From assembly GCA_002633005.1 (NCBI GenBank), contig NMRA01000211.1:226262-290261 (forward strand): DNA of 64,000 bases, in the 5' to 3' direction. Position 1 is the first letter of the stretch, and the number at the start of each line of letters is the position of its first letter. The DNA is from Phoronis australis (lineage: Eukaryota > Animalia > Phoronida). Shown in pieces: positions 12,041 to 24,000 of the stretch. The notes below the pieces were generated by a model. It did not search any database. It worked only from the letters and a program-made list of their open reading frames with translations, and had not been told where the DNA came from. The position numbers and the translations under genes are program-made.

Positions 12041-15000
12041 GTAAGTTATTTTTTACTTCAGATTCCTTTAGACTAAAGCAAAATGCTTAAAATAGAATTT
12101 GATTTGTAGCACACCCACTTAGCAGAATATGGTACTTGGTGTTATGTTGAAGTAATCAACTGTATTTTTGAGGGGGATGCTGTTGGAAAATTAGGACATA
12201 CACACATTTAGAGAGTGGACTCGAAAAAATGAACCCATTCAGGTTTGTTGGGAGCTTCCATGAAAAAGTCACCTTTTATTAAGCTTTTGATCCAGAAACG
12301 CATTTTTTTGCAGTGGCTAATTCCATCAACCTAACCCTTTGGTAGGAATTCATGAATAGCAAAATAAATGTTTAACCATTAAGCTTGAAACATTATAAAA
12401 GGAGATATGTTATCAAAAATGAGTACTTTGCAACAGTAGTTTTGAAACCTGTAGATTTGTGTAGTTGTAAAAAAACTGAAAACAAACTCACAACGTGAAC
12501 TCTTTTGTAAGATTTTTTGGAAAATGGACCCTTTTGTAGGGAAATTTGTTAGAAAAGGCACCCTTTTGTTGGGAAACTGGTGGTGAAGAAATCACCCTTC
12601 CGAGCAGTGCATCCTGTAACATGTATTGGAGTATACCTTTTGGTGTAATGTTCAAAAAGAACTGTAATATGTTTTTAAGATTACTTATCTATTTTGACGT
12701 TTTGTCAAAGTTGTTCAACTGCTTCATTTTTGCTATTTGAAATAAAAAGTTCATCACCTGTTTATTTTGAGGCTATTGTGGATTGTTTGACAGTTAACTA
12801 AGGAATGCGTGTCAGTATGGAGTTTCGATGAAATTACTTTCAAACAAATGACAACTTCATGAATCCTAAGTTACCTGTTATCAACTTCTCCCCATTTATG
12901 CTTTGTCATGTACGGGAGGAATTTCAAGTGATTATAAAAGTACCTCTGCAGCTGGTGTAAGTACTCTCAAGTTTCTTTTACTGAATTTCTAATTTTCTCA
13001 TACCAGGTAAGAACAATCTACACTCTCTGTCTAGAATGGCGATTTTGTGAACTTTGTACGAACCAAGTGGTCCGGTGTCACATTCAATTACTGAACTTTT
13101 AAACTAAATTGTCCCACTTGTTATTGTTATGGTAAACAGCTACTGGTGTGAATGGAACTTTTTCCAAAATATCTTGGTCTTCATTTATGAAAAATTCTTG
13201 CTACAAAAAATTGTATAATGGAGGCAAAATGCCAACTCTAAATCGGACCATTTTGGGACAATTAAATTAATTCACATCTATCGTTGACCTTTGCTTGATC
13301 GATAATGTACAGTGACTGAAATACTGTAATACCAACTCACCACATTAAAACATAGGCAGGTTTAGAGGGTCAAGGGCTTGGCCCCGCCTCCTTACCCAAC
13401 CAAAGAAGCCAACAGATGTTGTTTTTCCTTTGTAAACTATGGTTAAATTGGCATGTAATCCTTGCGACATCCTAGATATGCCAGCTGTGACTTTTCCTCA
13501 GAGTACAGTTAAATTACCATTATTATTTTTATTTACCTATAATGATGAAATCACCAATTGAATAAAATATCAATATAAGAAAATTCTTCTTCAAATACAC
13601 TTCCATTGAGGTTGCAAGTTAAGTTTTTTGTTTCCTGATATTGACCTAGTTACTTGTCATACCTACAGGTGAGTTACCTATCTACAAGTCCAGACCTGAG
13701 TAATAAGGACACGTTTACTTACTTCCAAAGAACTGTGCCATCAGATGTGAATCAAGCACAGGCCATTGTTGAAATACTCAAGTAAGTCACTACAACACGA
13801 TAATGAACGTCAGTGGTGGAAAGCACTGCATCCTGTTTTACAGATTATGAAAAGGTCTTGGTTATCCCAAATGGGGTCTTCCTTAAAACAGCATTAAATC
13901 CTTGTTTTCTGTAAAAAAGTCAGTTTTCATGTAGGCCACTTATCCTTATTAAATTGGTTTGGAATGTTCTCTAATCAAACTAGGTGTGATTTCGCGACTT
14001 AGATTAATGGTAAGTAACTGACAGTTCACTGTTTCTTCAGATTAAGCTTAATAAAATTTCAGATTACTGCATAACCTGAAATGTTATGAGCTTGGTCTAA
14101 TGAAATACATACGACAAATCCTACACTAACATTTGGGGTTTTGTTACCCCAACGCCTCAGTGAGCCTGAGCCAGACCGTGACTACGTAACCCATCCTAAT
14201 CAATTCACAAATTAGTGCTCCTGCATTAAGCCACAATACTGAAGAAAAACTACTTGCTAATTTCTTTTATAAGGCATCGATTTTAAAAATTCAAAGATGA
14301 ATACTATTTACTTTTCAATTTTAAAAACAGTCATGTTGGTCATTTGCCTTACTTATTGTTCGTTTTTTGACTTTGAAACCCGTACGCTAAATATGCTAAA
14401 CAGGCGTGTTGGTTTATGGCCTCAATTGTCTCATCCAGCACGTTCAGCCAAGTCCATGAATAGCCATCAACTCACATGCCGAGGACTTTGCTGGATTCTC
14501 TGGGGTAAACAGTGCATGCTTTCTTGTCCACTTTTGTGCAAATCCTGTCAGTGTAAGATTTGCTCAATGAATGAACTGTCAGTTCTTCCCTAGTCCTGAG
14601 ATCACTTCTGAACTAGTTAAGGTGAAAGACAAGAACAATTTCATAGCGGTAACTATCCTACATCAAAACTTGCTTTTTTGACAGATAGCACAGGTTTAAT
14701 ACCGCTTCAAGCTTCTGAAAAATTCTCTCCTTAGCTAGTTGAAAAATTTTTGTGGAAGAATAAATGTTGGTCCAAAAGTCAACAAAAAGCTTCATTTGTG
14801 AATGCTCAAGGATAATAAAGTGCTGATGATAGCCGAGTGATATTAATTCTATCTTGATGTGGTTGATATTTTAAAGTGCTTAAAACCATTATTTACGAAA
14901 TAATGAGTTTTGACATCTGACTTAACATTGTCACCATCATCAAACCTTCCTTTATAGCCCTGCATATCCCAACCATCAATTCAATGTCCCAAAAACAAGA

Positions 15001-18000
15001 AAGTTTCTTAGCTCCACCAACATGAGTGTGACATGAACTTTCCCAGCACCGGTGCAATGTCCACCAATGCGCAAATTTCTTGTACATACATGTGTAATAT
15101 TTGCACTTCTCTGTGGTCCCATGGCAAAGTGACAAGACCCACAGCATGCTCAAATACTGAGTTGTTACTACCACTGCAAACACAACACCTGATCATTCTT
15201 TAATATAATATAAATCATGGGAAAACGAGTAGCTAACGACTTTTCACATTAAACGAATTGGAGGAGGACTAATGCTTTGATAGGTAGTCCTGATTCTACG
15301 CAGTTGCTATCTCGTAACTCGAGATCAGCTAATTAACATATTGTCAGGTAGTTTTTGCGGATGTTCTAATTTGAGAGCTGATCGACTGGTGGGGCTGCTT
15401 TTGATATGAAATAGGTGTTTTTAAGCACTTTAATACTTCCTTGATATGTCAGTAATACAGGCTACCGTATTCTGCATATAGCGATTCCAAAAGTGGCAAA
15501 ATGAAATAATACCATTACAAATAAGTTAGCACCAAGACAGCCCTTAGGAGAAATTTTAACCCAATGTCCTCATTATAATGTTCTATAAGATGATAAATCC
15601 TGTATAGACTCTTTTTCATTGTCTTGATAGTGGATCAATACACAAACGTACTGAAACAGAAAGACACCTAGTCAAGGTTTCTTAATGCAAATGGGACAGT
15701 ATTTGTTAACCGAATAGTGCCATTTACACTTACGAAGTTGACACGGAACAAGTTGTTCCAGTGTGTAAACGGACTGACACTGCGCAAATTGACACCGCAG
15801 TGACAAATTTTTGCCACTCGTTTGTGAGGTAGAGTAATTTGCGCACGAACATCTTGCGCCGTGTCAATTGTAAGTCTAAACGCGAAACTGGAGTAAGACA
15901 GAAAGGATCATCTCTACTGCACTTGTGCAATGACCTACGTACGGGTTCTTATTGTGCAACTCTCTTGTAAACCTGCGCATGTGCGATCCAGTCTCTCCAG
16001 CCTTTAATTTCCGTCTTGCAACGGTTATTGAGTTGTGTGTTTAAACGGCCACTTGACACGTGTCAATTTGCTCCGTGTCAGTTGTGGCGGGCCAAAAGTT
16101 TATGTCTAAACGGGTCTACTGACACCTAGTCAAGGTTCCTTAATGCAAATGGGAGAGTATTTGTTAACAATGTGTCAACAACATTGTGAAGTTTTATTCC
16201 ACTCTTTTTCACTGTTGGGTACACTATGTGACTGTAGATTTGAAATAACTAGTCTTATACCACAATATTAGCGTCAAATGGCAAATACAACCGTGTAATA
16301 ACCCATAAAGTTATCTCACTAGTGAGATATCGATTTGGCGGGAAACCGAGGACGGGGTCGAACCCGGGACCCTAATATTGCTAGTCGCCGACTTTACCGC
16401 TACACCACGCAGCGACTGACGTCATCAAGAGTGAAAATAGAATACTTAAATGAGCACGCGCAATAATCGCACGTTCAATAAACCACATTGTACTGTACTT
16501 ATACGCTATGAAAAATAAGACACATAATTTCCATAAAAATGATATCTTAATTCGGTGAAATTTTTCTCTCATGTCCTCTTACTTGTAAATCACCGATCTC
16601 TAGTTTGAATGCGGGTATCGTGTCGTCAGGATTTTTGACTTGAGAATTATATTCAGTTACCAGTGGTAACCTACTTTAGCAGACGATAATTTCCCGGTCG
16701 AAGTTTAGCGTGAAAAAANTATTCTATCTTGATATTTTAAAGTGCTTAAAACCATTATTTACGAAATAATGAGTTTTGACATCTGACTTAACATTGTCAC
16801 CATCATCAAACCTTCCTTCATAGCCCTGCATATCACAACCATCAATTCAATGTCCCAAAAACAAGAAAGTTTCTTAGCTCCACCAATATGAGTGTGACAT
16901 GAACTTTCCCAGCACCGGTGCAATGTCCACCAATGCGCAAATTTCTTGTACATACATGTGTAATATTTGCACTTCTCTGTGGTCCCATGGGAAAGTGACA
17001 AGACCCACAGCATGCTCAAATACTGAGTTGTTACTACCACTGCAAACACAACACCTGATCATTCTTTATTATAATATAAATCATGGGAAAACGAGTAGCT
17101 AACGACTTTTCACATTAAATGAATTGGAGGAGGACTAATGCTGTGATAGGTAGTCCTGATTCCACGCAGTTGGTATCTCGTAACTCGAGATCAGCTAATT
17201 AACATATTGTCAGGTAATTTTTGCGGATGTTCTAATTTGAGAGCTGATCGACTGATGGGGCTGCTTTTGATATGAAATTTGTGTTTTTAAGCACTTTAAT
17301 ACTTCCTTGATATGTCAGTAATACAGGCTACCGTATTCTGCATATAGTGATTCCAAAAATGGCAAAATGAAATAATACCATTACAAATAAGTTAGCACCA
17401 AGACAGCCCTTAGGAGAAATTAAATGTCCTCATTAGAATGTTCTATAAGATGATAAATCCTGGATAGACTCTTTTTCATTGTCTTAATAGTGGATCAATA
17501 CACAAACGTACTGAAACAGAATGACACCTAGTCAAGGTTTCTTAATGCAAATAGGACAGTATTTGTTAACGGAATAGTGTCATTTACACTTACGAAGTTG
17601 ACACGGAACAAGTTGTTCCAGTGTGTAAACGGACTGACACTGCGCAAATTGACACCGCAGTGACAAATTTTTGCCACTCGTTTGTGAGGTAGAGTAATTT
17701 GCGCCCGAACATCTTGCGCCGTGTGAATTATAAGTCTAAACGCGAAACTGGAGTAACTGAAGACAGAAAGGATCATCTCTACTGCGCTTGTGCAATGACC
17801 TAAGGTACGGGTTCTTTGTGCAACTCTCGTCATTTGTAAACCTGCGCATGTGCGATCCAGTCTCTCCAGCCTTTAATTTCCGTCTTGCAACGGTTATTGA
17901 GTTGTGTGTTTAAACGGCCACTTTACACGGGTCAATTTGCTCCGTGTCAGTTGTGGCGGGCCAAAAGTTTATGTCTAAACGGGTCTACTGACACCTAGTC

Positions 18001-21000
18001 AAGGTTCCTTAATGCAAATGGGAGAGTATTTGTTAACAATGTGTCAACAACATTGTGAAGTTTTGTTCCACTCTTTTTCACTGTTGGGTACACTATGTGA
18101 CTGTAGATTTGAAATAACTAGTCTTATCATTGACCTTAACATGTTGGTCTGGAAATATTGACCTGTCATACCCCCTTATTACATTTTTGCAAAGGATTAC
18201 CTTAATTAACATTATTTGGAGAGTCAAAGAGGCAGCATAAGGTTTTTGCACAATGTTCCAATTTAGCAGTGCATCTTCATATGGCCTGGGAACAACCATA
18301 CGCTAAAATCTCACTGTTCAAGTTTGTACAAACATAATTTCCAAAATTCCCCGCTTTTCTTTTTCAAAATCATCTAAAATAGTTGTGAATGCTCACACAC
18401 AGTTATTCAAAACATTGTCTGCTGGTAATGATTGAACATAAGAAAGTATTAATTTGGTGCGGATTATCTTTTACAAGAAAATGCGAAAATGAAATTGCTC
18501 TTGTCTGCCGCAGTTATTGTGTCCTAAATATTATGAGATTTTACCATATTCAAGATGGTTCAGGTCTAGAGCAACATTTAATTTCCAGTCTTGAATTGCA
18601 CACACTCCACATGCATAGTATTGTGTTTGCCATTTATTACAGAAACACATTGTTAAGTACTAGATATTGCCATCATTTGTAAAGTTGTATCTTAAGCACA
18701 CTGTAATTACATAACATTTATTGCCCTACTGTTGACACAACACCTGCCAACTTGTGTAGTCCAATCAGCCTTGATGTGATTTTAACAAAAGGAGGTTAAT
18801 GCTTTAATTGGAGATTCGTTAATGATGTGTGTTGCGTCATGTCCACACTATGGGTTTCTGTAGAGCTATCCCCCCCCCTCCGAGTCAGTCAAGGGTCCAT
18901 ACTAGACACCCTACAACGGCCTTGCGACAAGGGGTCCACTAAAGGATTAAGCTCCCTATGTATGTAACTGAGAAAGAGTGTAGATGCCTTGTCTACAGGT
19001 TTGCAACCAAACATGACTTTTGGACAGATCTGACTACTACTAATCCCCCCTAGTGGTAACCTCGGAGTTCCTCAGGACGGACTTTTGTGAAATTTAATGG
19101 CAAATAAGTTTTCATTTTTAGATTTATTCAATATATTCTGCACCACATAGTGACCATTTTTATTATTCGAATTCGTTTTGGTGTCCGCAACCGAGATCTA
19201 TTCTTAAACAGATTGAAAAATCATGTGTTCAGTTACTGCTGAGACGATCATGCACGGCTGCCAATATTGATTTTCGGACAGGTACGTCATGTTTGTCACA
19301 TACCCTAGAAGCAATTTTGTTTTTTGCATCCAGATGGCTGTCTCAACTCTGAAATTTTGCAAGTGTTTTCCTATGAATGTGACAAAGGATGACTACAGCT
19401 TTTGGACAGATCTAACTACTGTTGTGCCCCAAAGTCACAATTTAGTTTTTATAGATATTCAGAGTTACATGATGTTTTTCATGAGCTTGAGCAAATAAGT
19501 TTTTATCATGGAGAAGACAATGGATTTCCAATTTGGATGAATTCTATGGATTCCATGCCACATAGTGGCCATTTGAAGTATTTTTGAGTCTGTTTTTGTC
19601 ACCAGACTTCAATATCCGTTAAATCACTCAGAGCATTTCAAAATTGGCAAACGTGTTTTTACTAACAAGAGCACGACAAAATGTCTGTGTGAGTTTTGTT
19701 TTAGACATTCTAGATGACTCTCTCATTACTTCAATACAGACAAATGTTATGTCCAAGTAATTGTGATAGGTGAAATTCCTACGGTGACTCGTCTAACGCC
19801 TGAAAAGGTGTGTGTAATTCAAAGAGTGCGTGCACTCATTACAGAACAGGTCCATCTACAGTAGTCGTCTCACAGCAATACTGAGACTGGTCCCTGCACC
19901 GCAGATGTGGGATGGTGCTGTTGTTTTCCCTAGATTCAGTTTTCCACATCAAGCCAATTATGCACATGTCGTTTGATTACCTGCAGCCTGCTGTGCCTTG
20001 CTTGTCTAGTCTCCTGCTGGTTTGTGCATAGTGAATGTGGATTAGATGCATGACTCTTTCACACATGTATAAATATGACATTGATCCAAGTCCTCAAATC
20101 TTTGTGAGACTGGTTCTTATCATTTTTCGTTTAATTTCTATAACTGCTTTAGATCATAACTGAAATGTATATACTTTTTGCCATCTACTTGCATACTGGG
20201 GAACTGCACGGTTATTTCATTCTACATACACGCCCACAGAGTAATGATGGGCCAGGTGACTACGTGTTAAATACTGACGATGTATTCGTCAATCACGGAG
20301 GGGCCTCCGTTAATAATCTCCAAAATTTATTCGATACTAGTGATGAACATGAATTTTTTACAAACAAAAATTCCCTGTACTATGATATTGACTGCTTAGA
20401 TATATTTCTTGGCAATCAAAAGACAGATTTCTGATTGCTCAGCGTAAATATTCAGTCTCTGCGTTCTAAATTTGATCAGCTTCAGGCTATTTTACAAATT
20501 TTAAAAAACAAACATTTATTTTTGACTGCATCTGCTTACTTAAGTAGGATGGATTTGGATGACAATTACAGTTTTTACAATTTAGAAGGTTACCATGTGA
20601 TAAAAAAGACTTAGAAACTGACTGTTCCAGGCATGGGGGTTTGGTTATTTACGTCAGAGATACGATTACTTTAAACAATGTTGAAATAATGAATAATAAA
20701 AATACATATGAAGGTTTAGTAATTAAACTGAAATTGAGCACTCATAAACATTTCACCACATTTAACATATATAGACCCCGTCGAAAGCTAAGAGACACTT
20801 TGATGACTTCATGTTTGACTTTATTCCATCAATCTCAAAGTTCATTGTTAAAGACGGTGACATTTTGATAGCTGGTGACTTCAATGTCAATTTACTACAA
20901 ACTTTCAATAATACAAACTTTGATATTTTTTACCATTTGTTAAACCTGTCTCTTCTTTCTAAGATAACCTTTCCTACTCGTCTCACCAACAACACGTGTA

Positions 21001-24000
21001 CTCTTATTGATCAAATTTATACAAAATTCTCTCCAACCACGTACATGTCCAAGGCTGGTATACTGTTAAATAATTTATCGGAGCATTGCCCCATATTTAT
21101 TTTTGTCTCTCAATATTAAGAACAAAAATAAACCTAATCAACCTAAATTTATTTAGATAAAGTATGAGTCAAAAAAATCTCATGACAATTTTAAAACTGA
21201 TTTGGCTTCAATTGACTTTGAGTCAGTCTTAGATAACGATTTGTCTCAAAATCCTAGCATCAGTTATAGTCACTTAGGAACAATTATTTTAGATTTTGTA
21301 AATAAACATTTTCACTCCAAAACCAAACGTTTCAACAAGCATAAACATAAACTCAACGACTGGATTACATTTGGTATATTAAAATCAATAAAGGCGCGAG
21401 ACAAAATCTATAAAAAAATGAAAACCACATCTCATGATTCTATTTTTTCTCGCATTTACTCAATAAGACTGCAAAAGTATAACAGTAAACTTAAATCTGT
21501 AATAAAAGAAACCAAATGTATGCACTACGAAAAACAGTCCAAGCAGCACAAACATTATATATGCCAAACTTAGCAAGTCATCAAAAACATATTTTATAAT
21601 TCATCCTTCAGAACTGTTCTCCCTCAGTTTATTAAATCTACTACATCTGGACACGTTACTGGTAAACAGAAAATAGCTGAACAGTTCAACAACTCTTTTA
21701 TTAACATTGGTAAGAATTTGGCTTCCCCGTTACGGATATGCAATGAAAGTTTCAAAAATTCACGGTTCCCCAGACTGTGACTTTAAGTTTAAAACCATCG
21801 ATGACGACGAAGTACTGAAGGTAATGAAAAATCTAAATCCAAAAGGCCACGACAGGCAGTGATGGCCTATCGTGTTCATTTATCATAAAGTACTCGAACG
21901 TATGCAAACAAATTTCTATTATTATAAGCCAATCCCAACTCACACGGTTTTTTCCCCAATGGTTTGAAGGTAGCTAAGGTAATCCCTATTTATAAAGGTA
22001 ATGACTCCAACAGTAACTCTCTTGTTAACTACAGACTAATATCTATTCTACCCACAATTTCCTAAGTTTTTGAAAAAATTGTTCATGATTAAGTCTATTC
22101 TTATTTTTCTCATAATAATCTTCTAAAAAATCCCAGTATGGTTTCAGGCCCAACCACTCCACTGAAATTGCGGCTACTGAATTCGTGCGCTCTCTTTACA
22201 AAAATTTAGACAAAGCTTTGAACCAAATTTCAGTATTCATGGATCTTTCTAAAGCCTTTGATACCATTGATCACGATATCCTCTTAAAAATAAAATATTA
22301 CGGGTTTTCTAATAACAAATTTTCTTGGCTTGAAAATAGAAAGCAGTTCGTCTGCCTTGATACTGTCACTTCATCCCAACTTGACATTTCTGCAGGTGTT
22401 CCACAGGGATCTATTCTAGGACCTCTCTTATTTTTAATCTATGTAAATGACATCACTTTCTCTAGCAAGGCACAGTTAATTATGTATGCAGACGACACAT
22501 GCCTGTTCATTCCTTTCCAAATTAACAAAAATCATAGCTTCAACGTTCAAACGATCAGAATTAATAATACCCTACAAGGTGTTTTTGATTGGCTAAATAC
22601 CAATAACTTATCACTCAACATAAGTAGAACTAAATTTATACTATTTTGATTTCCCAAAAAATCAGCAAAGGTGACAACCCTCTAATCCAAATCAGCAATG
22701 AACTTATTGACAGAGTTGAAATTTTAAATTTTTTAGGAATTTTCGTTGACGGTTGTCTTTCCCGGAACAAGCATGTTCAGAAAATTTCTAACAAAATTGC
22801 CAAAACTGTGTGCGTCCTCTCTATACTGAAACACTATTTTCCCAAACACTCACTGACACTCCTGATGATACACAATGCTCTTATACTATCACATCTATAT
22901 TTTGGTATAACACTATGGAGGTTTAATAATTGTACGAGATTGAAACTTCTGCAGAAAAAAGCTTTGAGAAATGTTACCAGTTCTTCATTTTTTTCACACA
23001 CAGAACCAATTTGTAGGGAAATCAAAACACTTCTCCTTGACGACATATTTAACCAAGCTTGTCTAAAATTCTTTTACAAATTCAAACGTAATCAATTGCC
23101 TATTTACTTTTATAATAACAATTTTTTTCAATTACACCAGTCACTAAGAGATCTTCCTAGAATATGCAGTCAACAACCCATCCTAAAACTGCCCTCCTTC
23201 AACAGAAAAAGCTGTGAAAATATATTAATGTTCAATATACAGAATCTACGGTAATGAACAACTGTATCCTTTCAGATAATTGTAACAGATAAAATCAACA
23301 CGCATAGTTTACATGGGTTCTCCTTGTATTTAAAAAATTACATATTAAGCACTTACAGCTCTCAGTGTAACATTCTGCATTGTTATGCATGTTCTAATTG
23401 AAGTAACAGTGATCACCTGCCTAACATCTTAGTCATATGCTTTAACCGTGTGGTCTCCCTTGTATCAATAGTCTCTGTGTTTTATTCTTAGTAAAATCAT
23501 TAATTTACACTTTAAATAAACTTGCATTGTATCTTATTGTTGTGTATGTAATACAAGAGATCGTTTGTAGAACATATGTTTATTGTATCGCTAACACCAA
23601 ACTACTGCAACACAGGTCTACAGGCTAATAGTATATAAAATGTCAGATAGTCGCCAGGTGGCGTTGTCACTGCTCTACTGTAATCATAACATAACACTTA
23701 TTCAATTGTATATATACTTATTTCTGTTGTTATTTATATTGTTTTTCTTAATTGTTAATATCTATCTAATTTATAGTTACTCGGTGGTCAGCTATTATCG
23801 GCCCGTACCTTTGCTGACCACCCGGTCATATAACAATGTATGTTTTATATGATTTTAAAAAATAATGGTCTCTCTCTCTTACATTGATTTTCTGACTAGT
23901 CCAACTGCTGTGGTGCCCTCTTGTGGCATTTCTGCATCTACAAGTGTATCTGCTGAGCCCCTTTCAGGATCTTTGCAAAATATGGCAAGATTATTCTTAG

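Larger units (their letters stand above)
14846..18127 (+). repeat. ~1.4-kb duplicated block (14846-16257 and 16721-18127) with an N at 16719
   Basis: Near-identical ORFs at 14893/16759 and 15008/16874; the copies diverge after tgaaataactagtcttat. Confidence 0.9.

Noticed and set aside
12150-12640. Possible MITE with repeated acccttt motifs (similar style at ~28010-28612)
   Set aside because: Probably repetitive, but TIR and TSD could not be defined by eye, so it is not called.
16346-16417. Functional tRNA-Ala gene
   Set aside because: A and B boxes are present but the acceptor and anticodon stems do not pair; treated as SINE-derived or a pseudogene.
14893-17062. Paired 96-aa and 62-aa minus-strand ORFs
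   Set aside because: Same cause (duplicated intronic block); no domain signal or splice context.
20165-23254. Functional or domesticated reverse transcriptase nested in the receptor intron
   Set aside because: Many stops and frameshifts across APE and RT; an ordinary decayed LINE.
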